Below are positions 36,766 to 46,375 of a DNA stretch of 64,000 nt, piece by piece. The notes under the pieces were generated by a model that did not search any database, had not been told where the DNA came from, and worked only from the letters and a program-made list of their open reading frames with translations. Source of the DNA: a virus. Each line of letters opens with the position of its first letter. The first letter of the stretch is position 1. Position numbers and translations under genes: made by a program. The DNA lies in IMG/VR virus record IMGVR_UViG_3300006048_000003, one strand, 5' to 3'.

Positions 36766-37719
36766 TCACGCTTTGTGAACGATTTCCCATGCCCCCACAC
36801 AGAGCATCGCATGACCTGATACCTTATCAAAAAGCGGCTTGTCGAAGCAGCACACGACCTTGTAGCCCATCTCCGAACGCTTGTCGCCCTTGAGCATCAT
36901 GGTCCGTGCTGTTGCCAGAAGCATGAGACGAATACTTTCGGGATCTTCCTCCTTGATGTCTTCGAGGACTTTCGCCACCTCGCCCCAACTGGCTTTGCCC
37001 TGGAAGGGAAGGAGAGTCTTCACCAGATCGAACACTGCCCGCTCCACCCCCACACCACCCACTGCTGCCAGACGCTGCTTGGGGTCGGTGATCTTGATGA
37101 CCTTCTGAAGTTCCTTCACGGCGTTGCGGGCACTCCCGTTGGCCACTTCCACGATCTTGTCGACCACCCGACTATCGAGTTCCACGCCTTCTTTGGTGGC
37201 GATGTACGTGACGAGGTAAGCTAGGTCTTCGTGTTTGATGGGCTTGATTCCCACCATCACACACCGTCCCCGAATGGTGGGGAGGATCTGCTTGGGTTCG
37301 GTGGTGCAAAGGCAAAAGATCACGTGGGGCTGTGATCGCTCCATCACCATCAGGAAGGCTTCCTGTGCCCCCTTGCTGCGACGGAGGGTCTGGAATTCGT
37401 CCAGAACCCACATCCTCTTGCCGCCACCGATGGCGGATGCCGTAACCGCATCCTCTAGGTCACGAATGAATTCCGTTGGTTTTGCGATGGTCCCGCAGTT
37501 CACCTCGGATAAGTCGAACTCGTTGATCTTTTGGTCTCTGGCAATGACGCCCGCAAGCGTGGTCTTCCCGCCTCCTGTTCCCCCGTGGAACATCACACAG
37601 CGAGGAATGTCCTTGCCCCACGACTTGACGATGGCGACAGCTTCCGGCTGTCCCACCACCTCGTCCAGAGTCTGGGGACGGTATCGCACATCCAGATCGT
37701 CACTTTCGTCTTTTGCCAT
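36766..37719 (-). CDS. dnaX: Clamp loader AAA+ (DnaX/RFC-like)
   Basis: YRPQTLDEVVGQ, GGTGGGKTT, VLDEFQ, TIRGRC. Confidence 0.85.
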   Translation of the reverse strand: MAKDESDDLDVRYRPQTLDEVVGQPEAVAIVKSWGKDIPRCVMFHGGTGGGKTTLAGVIARDQKINEFDLSEVNCGTIAKPTEFIRDLEDAVTASAIGGGKRMWVLDEFQTLRRSKGAQEAFLMVMERSQPHVIFCLCTTEPKQILPTIRGRCVMVGIKPIKHEDLAYLVTYIATKEGVELDSRVVDKIVEVANGSARNAVKELQKVIKITDPKQRLAAVGGVGVERAVFDLVKTLLPFQGKASWGEVAKVLEDIKEEDPESIRLMLLATARTMMLKGDKRSEMGYKVVCCFDKPLFDKVSGHAMLCVGAWEIVHKA

Positions 37720-37786
37720 CGAAACTTCACTCCCGTTACGAACTATACAACTGTTCTAGTCGAATGCAAATCACTTTTTGAAAAGA

Positions 37787-38593
37787 TTACTTCCACACTT
37801 CCGGGTCCGACATGCCGTCGAGCAAATCGTCCTTCGTCTTCGATTGGAAGTCCGACGCCGGAAGCAGGAACTCTTCTTCGAGTGCTAATGCCACGCGGCT
37901 GCGAATCGTGTCGCAGAATTCCTTTTCCCGTTCAATAATAAGACACAATCTTCCTTCCAGAACTGCTGCCTCGGCTGTTGTGCCCGATCCTCCGAAGGGG
38001 TCAAGAACAATGTCTCCGGGACGGGAATAATGCCGGATCAGTTGCCGCATGAGCATCAAAGGCTTGCCGCCCATGTGCTTCCGGTCACGCCATCCGGGTT
38101 CGGCCACGTACCCACCGGGAAGTGTTCCCCACTTATGCTGCTTGGCGGTGCGGCTGACAATGATCCAGTCTGTCCACGAAGAAGGACCATCACCACTCAA
38201 ACGAACGCCCCGCCCCGGCTGAAAGAACGGCAACGGAGCGAACACGTACCGTCCCGCCTCTTCCATGTGCCGAATGATGTACGGGGCGTTGGTGTGGTCG
38301 TTCATGACCACAACCCACCCCGAACAGACCCGACACATCTCCGGAACGAAATTCGCGATATCCTTGAGAGTCCACGCTGCGTAGCCCAACGTCTTTCTGT
38401 ATCCCCCGTCGTACCCTTTGTCGCCGGGACTCCGACCGATCACGCTGTCATGTCCCTTGTGTGTTCTTTCGCTGAACGGAGGGTCGGTTATGCACGCGGC
38501 CACGCACCCGGAAGGAAGTCGCGGAAGCACGTCATCGGAGTCCTCGTTCAGGACGACCACGGACTCTTCGGGAGTGGGTAGACGAATCTTCAC
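37787..38593 (-). CDS. DNA amino-methyltransferase (beta class, N4C/N6A)
   Basis: ITDPPF precedes VLDPFGGSGTT. Confidence 0.85.
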   Translation of the reverse strand: MKIRLPTPEESVVVLNEDSDDVLPRLPSGCVAACITDPPFSERTHKGHDSVIGRSPGDKGYDGGYRKTLGYAAWTLKDIANFVPEMCRVCSGWVVVMNDHTNAPYIIRHMEEAGRYVFAPLPFFQPGRGVRLSGDGPSSWTDWIIVSRTAKQHKWGTLPGGYVAEPGWRDRKHMGGKPLMLMRQLIRHYSRPGDIVLDPFGGSGTTAEAAVLEGRLCLIIEREKEFCDTIRSRVALALEEEFLLPASDFQSKTKDDLLDGMSDPEVWK

Positions 38594-38919
38594 GACAACT
38601 CCGCAATGATGACCAGAAGTCGCTCACACTGTTCCCTGTCGAACATCCCAATGTGAGCCTTCTCACGGGGAAGATCCATCACTCTTCGGAGCCACCGGTA
38701 CGCTTCATTCCGATTGGCAAACTTCTTCTTTCCATACCACAACGGATCGAACTTGGCATGGCATTGACTGCGAAGTTTCCGAGTCGGCTCATCAGCCGGG
38801 GTGGATGTCGACCCAGACCAGCAAGCCACTGTACACCCATCAACGGAGCAATAAAACCGAACGCCGTACTGCGTCTTCTGTCCGATCAGTCGGGTGTTGT
38901 GAGTGGGACAGTTCATCAC
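38590..38919 (-). CDS. DUF3268-like zinc-finger protein
   Basis: CPTH...FYCSVDGC...TPAD...CHAKFDPLW...HIGMFD. Confidence 0.7.
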   Translation of the reverse strand: MMNCPTHNTRLIGQKTQYGVRFYCSVDGCTVACWSGSTSTPADEPTRKLRSQCHAKFDPLWYGKKKFANRNEAYRWLRRVMDLPREKAHIGMFDREQCERLLVIIAELS

Positions 38920-40379
38920 GCCCATGATCCGTAAAGTTTTTGCCACTTGGCTTCATCAGCGGGAACCCACTTCCCGCCCCTCTCCACAAGCGACATCTTG
39001 TCGAACCAACTTCGGTCCACAGGGCAAGACTCGACTTCACACTCCAGAGGCACGTTAATCCACTTCCAGTCCCGCATGACACACCGAACCATCGCATCCC
39101 GGACGATGAAGATGACGTCTTCACGCTCCGAAGGAACAACATCCATCACCACGCAATCATGTATTTGGGCGATGATCCGACTTCCCATCTTGTACTTCTT
39201 GAGCGTTCGGTTGATGGTAATGATCGCCTTGAGCAGGCAGTGATAAGCCGACCCCTGGATCGCGTAGTTCGTAATGTCGTTGCGGGCATGGGGACCAGTC
39301 ATGATAAAGCCGGTCTTGAACTGACAGCCCCCATCCCGCTGGTAGGCAGATACCCAGTCCTTCCTCCACTGACCATACACCGGAAACCTCTCACCCCAAA
39401 AGTCCGCTTCCATCTCTTTCAAATGGTCTTCAAAGGTATTCTTGATGGGGGAAAGCTGTGGATCGCAATTGCCCAGTTCCTCGATCCCCTTATCGCGAAG
39501 GTGATCACGAAGCAGAACAGTGGAGTCCTTCAGCTTCAAATCGGACATCATGTCCCACACGTTCGGTGCAATCTTGGCGTAGAAACTGCCGTAGAAAAAC
39601 GGGAACGTAACCTGATTCTTCGCCAGGTGACGGATCGCTTTGGTGACCTGATTCTCCTCCAACAAGAACACCTGCTTGGCGACGTCCATGTGCATGTCTT
39701 TACCCGACTCGATGTATTCCTTCATCGTCGGGTCCAGGTGGTAGCACTCGGATATTCTTACCTCCTGTTGTGCGTAGTCGAATTCGAGTATCTGGTTCCC
39801 CCGTCGCGGAAGCATGGACTTCCGGATCATCTCAGCCAGCATCGGCATCCGATTCGGCTGATTTTGGACGTTAAAATCCGAGCACGAACTTCTGAATGAA
39901 GATACAACGTTATGGTGATACACAGGATGAGAATACCAGTCCCCGTCCTGATGCTGCACTATCTCTCGGTGGATGCCCACCAGGAAGGTGTCCCGTCCTT
40001 TCCGAAGGTGCTGCATCTCCAGATACATCTTCACAATCGGAAGGTTGATTCCCTCCAGAGCTTTCTCGGATGCGGACGCACGCTTGCCACTCTTGGTCTT
40101 GACCTTCGATTTGTGTCCTTTCTCCGTAAACACAATCGTCGCCAGTTGCTCGGCACTGGCCAGATTCGTCCTGTCTCCGAACTGCCGGGACCACAGTCGG
40201 TAGTCGTCGTCCTGACGCATCTTCTGTTCGAGGCTCTTGATCTGTTCCGCCGTGTCCGTGAGAGCCTTCTCCAGGTAATCCCTATCAATCCGTATTCCGT
40301 GTCCTTCTATCTCAGATAAGGCCAAAGTTCCTTCAAGGAGTAGCTGGCAGGCTTCATCGGTCGGGGTGAAGGTCTTCAC
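38916..40379 (-). CDS. polA: Family A DNA polymerase, polymerase domain only
   Basis: Motif A DYAQQEVRI, motif B RHLAKNQVTFPFFYG, motif C QIHDCV; no exonuclease domain. Confidence 0.9.
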   Translation of the reverse strand: MKTFTPTDEACQLLLEGTLALSEIEGHGIRIDRDYLEKALTDTAEQIKSLEQKMRQDDDYRLWSRQFGDRTNLASAEQLATIVFTEKGHKSKVKTKSGKRASASEKALEGINLPIVKMYLEMQHLRKGRDTFLVGIHREIVQHQDGDWYSHPVYHHNVVSSFRSSCSDFNVQNQPNRMPMLAEMIRKSMLPRRGNQILEFDYAQQEVRISECYHLDPTMKEYIESGKDMHMDVAKQVFLLEENQVTKAIRHLAKNQVTFPFFYGSFYAKIAPNVWDMMSDLKLKDSTVLLRDHLRDKGIEELGNCDPQLSPIKNTFEDHLKEMEADFWGERFPVYGQWRKDWVSAYQRDGGCQFKTGFIMTGPHARNDITNYAIQGSAYHCLLKAIITINRTLKKYKMGSRIIAQIHDCVVMDVVPSEREDVIFIVRDAMVRCVMRDWKWINVPLECEVESCPVDRSWFDKMSLVERGGKWVPADEAKWQKLYGSWA

Positions 40380-40759
40380 TGTTTCTTTTCCTGATCGGCA
40401 ATCTCTTGCAACTGGATCGCCCGTGACACTGCCGCCAACACACCCTTCAAGTCATCCAACTCACTACCTTTGCCACGATTCCCACAACAGAGTAGTTTCT
40501 TGATCGCATGGGCACGGGCAGGACAGGTCACCCCAAACGCAACCAGAACTGCGTAAACATCCACAGAAATTGGCTGTCTCACGTTGTCAGGCTTCGCGGA
40601 GTGTATCAGCCGAAGGTATTTCTTTCCTTCGTGCTTATCGATACCAACGGCTCCTGACTTTGACTCAGGAGTGGTTTGCGGACTCTTGGGAGTAGGCAAA
40701 TTACACCTTCTTGTATTTGGGACGCCAAAAACCTGCTGCATCCTGCTCGAAGTCACCAA
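40376..40759 (-). CDS. DUF3310-like protein
   Basis: VDVYAVLVAFGV...HAIKKLLCCGNRGKG; start uncertain. Confidence 0.55.
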   Translation of the reverse strand: MVTSSRMQQVFGVPNTRRCNLPTPKSPQTTPESKSGAVGIDKHEGKKYLRLIHSAKPDNVRQPISVDVYAVLVAFGVTCPARAHAIKKLLCCGNRGKGSELDDLKGVLAAVSRAIQLQEIADQEKKQ

Positions 40760-42620
40760 TGAGCATTGGTTCCCTCTTCTTCATCTCCACGACAATCCGG
40801 CTGAACACGTGAAGGATTTCTTCCTCCGCAGCAGGCTCACACCGCATCGTCATGACATGGCGAATCGCTCGGATGTTCCCCGTCCACACACCACCTGTCG
40901 CACATCCCATCCCAACGATACGGCGGAACAGAGAGGTGAGTTCCTTCTTCTGCTTGAAGGAGGACTCTGGTTTCAATTCGTCGGCCCAGACTGCCTCTAA
41001 TACCTTGTACCACTCCTGTTGGGCACCAAAGGCACGTTGCATTACAATCCGAGTCAATTCCTTCTTGTGTTCAACATCCAACGGAGTTGCCGTCTCATGT
41101 CCATTCCTGATACATTCCAAGATCACGTAAGGACTCCAGTGTAGGTAGTTCCTAGCGACGTCGTCCTCTCTTGCTGATCCCTGAATGTACGTCGGTTCCC
41201 AGTAAGGAATGTTTTCCCCGAACCGGATGAACCGCATCGAACCTTCCGAGATGGCCCACCCCGCTCGATGCCTGTTCATTTCCCCAGTAAATATGCGAGA
41301 CACGTTCTCGATTGCAAACGAGTAGACAGCGTGCTCAAGAACACTATTTCCACACCAAACCGGGTATCCGTTCCGTCGAACATACAAAACATGCTGCGTG
41401 TCTTCCGGCATCTGTGCACAAAACACCTCGCCAGACCAGTCTTCAACCCAACTAGTCCGGCCCTCAGAACCAGCGTACTTGTTGACTTCCGGCTTCAAAC
41501 TCCGGGAGGATAAAATGGACATCTGAATGAGAGGCTTTGTTCCGTATGATGTCGGCCGGTCTTCCGGTCCGTACACTTTACGTACGTTAGCTGCGATCCC
41601 GACGTGTAAACAGAGTTGCATGATCTGACCGGAAAGAACCTCACTGGTCGTGTGAAAAGAATCGTCGGCAACTCCTTCGTGGCCGTCTGACTGCATCAGA
41701 CCTTCCAACAGGCCAGCAAGCCCGTCACGCGACGATTGAATCAAAACCCCCGAAGGGATGCACTTCTCGCCGTCGGCGTAGATTTCAGAGAACAGATGAC
41801 GGTACGATGCCGGGAATCCCAAAGAGTACCGATCCGTACCGTCGTATCTAATTTCCCACTCGCCCGGCTGCAATTGATTCAGTTGATCAACCACCCGGTA
41901 CAGCCACGTCACTTTCCTGGGACGACGAAGCCGGAATCGAACGGTAAGGCCACTCTCGTAACTCCCGTCGCCGATTGAAAATCCGAGCAACCGCAGCACA
42001 TCCGCCGGGTATCCCACCTCGCAAGTGGAGTCCCACGTTTGGGCCGATTTCAAATAAGCGTGGGAGCCAGCGTCAAGCGAGTCTGCTCGAATCAGCTTAA
42101 AGTCTTCACGCTTGCGCCCGTTTCTAGTTGTAGTGGGGCAAACATACATCTGGTGGTTAGGAGTGACCAGCAGGTCAACCCCGCGGGTTTCCACCCGATA
42201 CATGCGTCCGGTGTAATCGACGGCGGTCACCGCATCCGGACGGCAGTACACCAAACCGCCTGATTTATTCAACGTAGCCAGGTAATCCTGCCGAGTGACT
42301 TCTGGCCACGGCTTCCACCCGGCAGACGTCAACACGTCGGTTTCCGAGTCATAACATCCGTGGCCGGTCTTGAGAATATTATCGATGTACTCGCCCCAGT
42401 CAGAACGGACCTTCGACAGGTTCGGATTTTGAGTCGTATCGAAACTTAAATAACATCGTTTGGCCGATACACCAATCGTCAACGCGGAGTCAGTCACCGT
42501 TTCCGGCGGGGGAAACGTGTAATCCTTGACTCCCTTGAACTCCAGCCATCGCTTCATTTCGTCGCGGTCGGCTGTCGTCTTCTGGATGAAAAAGATTTCA
42601 ATGGGAACTTTGGTCGGCAT
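40701..42620 (-). CDS. thyX: Flavin-dependent thymidylate synthase with intein
   Basis: GH[intein]SVLEH...VSR...RHR...SEGSMRF; promoter and SD precede ATG 42620. Confidence 0.9.
   Translation of the reverse strand: MPTKVPIEIFFIQKTTADRDEMKRWLEFKGVKDYTFPPPETVTDSALTIGVSAKRCYLSFDTTQNPNLSKVRSDWGEYIDNILKTGHGCYDSETDVLTSAGWKPWPEVTRQDYLATLNKSGGLVYCRPDAVTAVDYTGRMYRVETRGVDLLVTPNHQMYVCPTTTRNGRKREDFKLIRADSLDAGSHAYLKSAQTWDSTCEVGYPADVLRLLGFSIGDGSYESGLTVRFRLRRPRKVTWLYRVVDQLNQLQPGEWEIRYDGTDRYSLGFPASYRHLFSEIYADGEKCIPSGVLIQSSRDGLAGLLEGLMQSDGHEGVADDSFHTTSEVLSGQIMQLCLHVGIAANVRKVYGPEDRPTSYGTKPLIQMSILSSRSLKPEVNKYAGSEGRTSWVEDWSGEVFCAQMPEDTQHVLYVRRNGYPVWCGNSVLEHAVYSFAIENVSRIFTGEMNRHRAGWAISEGSMRFIRFGENIPYWEPTYIQGSAREDDVARNYLHWSPYVILECIRNGHETATPLDVEHKKELTRIVMQRAFGAQQEWYKVLEAVWADELKPESSFKQKKELTSLFRRIVGMGCATGGVWTGNIRAIRHVMTMRCEPAAEEEILHVFSRIVVEMKKREPMLIGDFEQDAAGFWRPKYKKV
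41346..42356 (-). mobile_element. Intein with LAGLIDADG endonuclease (337 aa)
   Basis: CYDSETDVLT...LLVTPNHQMY...LLGFSIGDGS...LLEGLMQSDG...YVRRNGYPVWCGN|S. Confidence 0.9.
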
Positions 42621-42647
42621 GTCGCCCCTCACAAATGTGGTATCGGT

Positions 42648-42676
42648 AGTATGGGACACGAATTGCTGAAAGGCAA
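42648..42676 (-). promoter_or_regulatory. Sigma70-like promoter of thyX
   Basis: TTGCCT-17-CATACT. Confidence 0.55.
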
Positions 42677-42693
42677 ATTTTACAAAGGGGAAA

Positions 42694-43818
42694 TTATCCG
42701 CATCCCGAACTGGACTGGCAATCTTGACACTGTAAGCAGGTTCCGACCCGAACGACCCGAATGCTTCCACAGTTCGTACAGGGATCGCCGGTGAAGCCCA
42801 TTTCCCTTGCTGCCTGAATCGAAGTTCCTTCCAGGGGAGTCATTTCGGACCACAACGCCCTCCACCTCGGGGTGTGATTCGGTGCGTCGTAAGTCCGGAC
42901 AGGTCGATTGATGAGAAGATGTGCCCCCCACTCGGTCAGTTTCTCGACTACACCCTCACATCCGTGGACGGCAGGCTCATCCGGGGCATTGATTGTGACC
43001 CGCTGTCCGACCTGGAGAGTAGGCGACTTCATTCGAGAAACCTCTCGCTTGTGCCTCGTGTAGCGATTCGTCATCTGGGCACGAGTTCTCTTCAACTCTT
43101 TACCAATGTCCCGAAGTGTGCGTCCGTCCGCTACTCCCAACACCATCACTCGTGCCTCACGAGCCGTCCACGATTTGTGACGCTTCGCCACTGGGGAGGA
43201 GACTCGCGTGCGGACATTCTTGTAGCACGTCCGACATACACCACGCCGAAAGATTGTCTTCTCTTTCTGGCAAGAGGGACAGACACCCTTCTTGCCCCTG
43301 CCCGTGGCGTGACACTCGACAATTCGGGTATGCCGCGAGCGGTTCCCAACCTGACCTGCACACGATGCCTGGCAAAACCGTTGATCAATTTTATTCTGAA
43401 CGAAAGGGTGGTTGCACCAAGCACACTCCAACACCACGACAGGCTTCTTGGTATGCTCACGGGGCCGTTCACCTACTCTCCGTCCATTTGCAAGGCAAGA
43501 GCATTTTCTAGAACAGAAAAAAATCCTCTTATGAGGAATTACTTCAAACTCTGCACCACACTCTTCGCATTTGCGAAATACAACCTCACGAGTCTTCTTG
43601 ACGACATCAAATCGTTTCCGAATGGTGACGATTCCCGAAGCAGCGTCGGGACGTCCACGACCAAACCGAAAGCCGATGTTCCCGCCAATCCGTTCTGTTC
43701 GCTGCTCTTCAATCCCCAATCGCGAGAATCCGTCACTCTCTTCGAGGGATTCCCAGAACTCCTGCATTTCTTCGCTAGGAGTCCAGTATTCCCAGGATGG
43801 AGGGAATTCTTCGGGCAT
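42694..43818 (-). CDS. Multi-zinc-finger/HTH protein ending in an NrdJ-like zinc ribbon
   Basis: Several CxxC pairs; GRTLRDIGKEL; C-terminal GFTGDPCTNCGS...GTCLQCQDC. Confidence 0.5.
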   Translation of the reverse strand: MPEEFPPSWEYWTPSEEMQEFWESLEESDGFSRLGIEEQRTERIGGNIGFRFGRGRPDAASGIVTIRKRFDVVKKTREVVFRKCEECGAEFEVIPHKRIFFCSRKCSCLANGRRVGERPREHTKKPVVVLECAWCNHPFVQNKIDQRFCQASCAGQVGNRSRHTRIVECHATGRGKKGVCPSCQKEKTIFRRGVCRTCYKNVRTRVSSPVAKRHKSWTAREARVMVLGVADGRTLRDIGKELKRTRAQMTNRYTRHKREVSRMKSPTLQVGQRVTINAPDEPAVHGCEGVVEKLTEWGAHLLINRPVRTYDAPNHTPRWRALWSEMTPLEGTSIQAAREMGFTGDPCTNCGSIRVVRVGTCLQCQDCQSSSGCG

Positions 43819-43828
43819 GGGAGTTCTC

Positions 43829-44404
43829 CTACTCCGAGTACATCCGGGAAGCCACCGGACCAGATGAGTCTGCGTACCGTCCCTTATATGGTTTACGCTC
43901 ACCTTGAAGCGTGTGGAACGTCAACTGGCCAATTCGCATTCCGGGATAAATCATGACCGGGTGAACGCAGGTGATCTCCAGCGTGAACTGTCCCCGCCAT
44001 CCGTCGTCACCACGTCCCGCTGTCAGGTGGATTTGAATGCCCAGTCGACCGACCGAAGAACGTCCGTCGATGTAGGGAACCAGTCCCTGACACTCGATCC
44101 ATTCCTCCGTGCTGCCCAGATACAGAATTCCTGGCCTGAGCAAGAATCCTGTATCGGGAATGCGAATCCTAGAAACTTCCGGATTCCGCGAATCAATGCC
44201 ATCAATGAACCCGCCCCCAAAACAGGGATCTTGCATCGGAGTTAAAACATACCACGACACCGAATTTCCAAGATGGATGTCGTAGGAGTTCGGCCCTGCC
44301 AGTTCGGGGTCGAATGGGTCAATCTTCAGGAACGGTAAGGTTTCCGGACTGTTTCGACTGGACTCCACGATCCGAACAATTTCAGGACCGGTCAGTATTG
44401 GCAC
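43829..44404 (-). CDS. dcd: dCTP deaminase
   Basis: PNSYDIHL...GRSSVGRLG...DDGWRGQFTLEI...GMRIGQL. Confidence 0.9.
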   Translation of the reverse strand: MPILTGPEIVRIVESSRNSPETLPFLKIDPFDPELAGPNSYDIHLGNSVSWYVLTPMQDPCFGGGFIDGIDSRNPEVSRIRIPDTGFLLRPGILYLGSTEEWIECQGLVPYIDGRSSVGRLGIQIHLTAGRGDDGWRGQFTLEITCVHPVMIYPGMRIGQLTFHTLQGERKPYKGRYADSSGPVASRMYSE

Positions 44405-45650
44405 GACGGAGCCTTTCCTTCTGAATTCGAGCTACTTCCCACTCTAGTCTAGAATCGAACCCGTTGTATCGGAGCAGTTGCCCCATGTCCAATTCCCGTA
44501 TTCGGTTGATTGCGTAACCACCCTTATCTGTCGAATGCAAATACGGCTCGATGTGGGAGTTGTAGTCCGGCATACCCAAAAGACAGAACGCCTGAAATTT
44601 TAATCCCGTAATCCCCGACTGATCCTTCCGCTCCCCACCTTCCTTGCCACCACGAGGGTCCAACGTGTGAGCCGTCAACATCGTACAGTGATCCCAGCCC
44701 CGAACCTCAATGCCCAGCTTCTCCCGAATCCAATTATGCTCGAACTTGATGTTGGTCCCACGCTTAGTCACCCTCGAATCAAGAAGAAGACGCTTCATCT
44801 CAGGCAAGACAGGACCATACCACGGGAACGCGATGGTTTCGATTCCCTCCCAACAGATTGAACAGGTCACGATTTCCGACAGCCGATGATGCGGCTTCTT
44901 CATGTTCGTTTCCAAGTCGAAAACGATTGTGCCGCCTGTGTACTTTTTGATGCGTTCTGCCGCTTCGGATGCGGAGTGGATGCACTCGATTTCCTTCTCG
45001 TAGTCCGGGGGACCGTCTGGCCACGGCCTTCCCTGTAATTGCACGGCTTCCGTCAGGTGACGCTCGTAATCCATCCGCTTGACGGGGTCTTTGTCCTCTT
45101 TGGACTTGTCCCGGCCATGATAGAAGAAACTGGCGGGTTGATACGTCGGACAAATCCACGAGTTGATCTGCCGTGCGGGAATCTTCCATCCTACCCACCG
45201 TTCGATTGGACCGACTTTGGGCTTCCAGAGCCACCCAATCAACGACCGGACGGCGTCGTGTCCCAGAAGAATGATCGTGGACGGATTCAGTTCCTTGATC
45301 GTCCTGATCAAGTTTGGACGGCAATGATCGACGGCATTTGCAGGGGTTGATTCGGGGGGCTTGCAAATGACGGCGTTGTAGAGCCAGCAATCCCGCCGAA
45401 CTTCGATTCCGTACTTGCGGAGGGTAGACTTCAGATCACGACCAGTCGGTCCCACGAAGGGCTTTCCCTCTGTGTCCTCGTCTTGACCTGGCCTTTCAGA
45501 GACAATCAAAATCCCCTTTCGTCCTTCCCCATCCACCGGCATCTTCGGTGTCTTGCAAGTACGAAATAAAGAACAGGCATCGCAATTGGCCCGAAGGGGG
45601 GTCTCCACTTTGGTTGGGGCGAAGGCGTCAGGGGAAAAGAATCCGTCCAT
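44382..45650 (-). CDS. Family-4 uracil-DNA glycosylase-like domain fused to a PolA-type 3'-5' exonuclease
   Basis: CDACSL...SERPGQDEDTEGKPFVGPTG...AVIC...HCRPNL; then VFDLET...NIKFE...YNGFD. Confidence 0.8.
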   Translation of the reverse strand: MDGFFSPDAFAPTKVETPLRANCDACSLFRTCKTPKMPVDGEGRKGILIVSERPGQDEDTEGKPFVGPTGRDLKSTLRKYGIEVRRDCWLYNAVICKPPESTPANAVDHCRPNLIRTIKELNPSTIILLGHDAVRSLIGWLWKPKVGPIERWVGWKIPARQINSWICPTYQPASFFYHGRDKSKEDKDPVKRMDYERHLTEAVQLQGRPWPDGPPDYEKEIECIHSASEAAERIKKYTGGTIVFDLETNMKKPHHRLSEIVTCSICWEGIETIAFPWYGPVLPEMKRLLLDSRVTKRGTNIKFEHNWIREKLGIEVRGWDHCTMLTAHTLDPRGGKEGGERKDQSGITGLKFQAFCLLGMPDYNSHIEPYLHSTDKGGYAINRIRELDMGQLLRYNGFDSRLEWEVARIQKERLRRANTDRS

Positions 45651-45652
45651 AC

Positions 45653-46066
45653 TCACTTCCAAGCAAGGATCATCGCAAGAACTTCGGGACCGACTACGGA
45701 CCAATCCACCACCGGACGTCCACCGGCTTTTCCACTCCCACGGAGCGGACACCCATACGCCGCATCATCCACGTACAAATTCGCGTATACCTTCGGGGAT
45801 TGCGTCCAGGAAGCCTGCGTGGGGTTCTCATTGACAGCGTGAAACTCTACCCCATTCCTGCGGCAGAATTCCACCGCTTCCGTCAGAACAGGGGCATTCT
45901 CACATCCTGGACCCGTCCGACCATCACTCCGCATCGTCCACAGGATCAGCTTCGCCCCTGCTTCCTGCCACATCTTCATCCACTCGAACGCTCCCGAAAC
46001 GGGTGGACCGATTTCGGGGAACTCATGTACCACAATCGTCCCGTCGAAGTCCACGCAAATGATCAT
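45653..46066 (-). CDS. HAD-superfamily hydrolase-like protein
   Basis: ICVDFDGTI...LILWTMR...YVDD. Confidence 0.75.
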   Translation of the reverse strand: MIICVDFDGTIVVHEFPEIGPPVSGAFEWMKMWQEAGAKLILWTMRSDGRTGPGCENAPVLTEAVEFCRRNGVEFHAVNENPTQASWTQSPKVYANLYVDDAAYGCPLRGSGKAGGRPVVDWSVVGPEVLAMILAWK

Positions 46067-46075
46067 TGAAATCCC

Positions 46076-46375
46076 TCAAATGTAAAACTCTTTCCCGCAG
46101 CGTTTGCACTTCATTGTGACGAAATGAAATGGCTCACCATGCCCACTATCAGGGTAGTCGTGATAATCCCGATCATCACACGACATCTCACAGACAGCTT
46201 CCATGTCAAGACGGTAGAAGGCAAGGAATCGTCGCCACGCACGGTACAGCAATCCTAGTTTCCTCGGTTCTGGCGGGTAACACATCGGACAGTCTTCCCA
46301 GCCACCGTTTTCCTTCCAATCGCCTGGTGATGGCACCATCCCCAAATCTTTGCAAAGAGGACAAAGACTACTCAT
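46076..46375 (-). CDS. Cys-rich hypothetical protein
   Basis: Start re-called. Confidence 0.45.
   Translation of the reverse strand: MSSLCPLCKDLGMVPSPGDWKENGGWEDCPMCYPPEPRKLGLLYRAWRRFLAFYRLDMEAVCEMSCDDRDYHDYPDSGHGEPFHFVTMKCKRCGKEFYI

Noticed and set aside
44441-44475. TACAACGGGTTCG match to the repeat inside the UDG-exonuclease gene
   Set aside because: No complementary second stem arm; it encodes the conserved YNGFD motif.
45563-45572. CGAAATAAAG match to spacer 10645-10679
   Set aside because: Only 10 nt, expected by chance; no self-targeting supported by eye.
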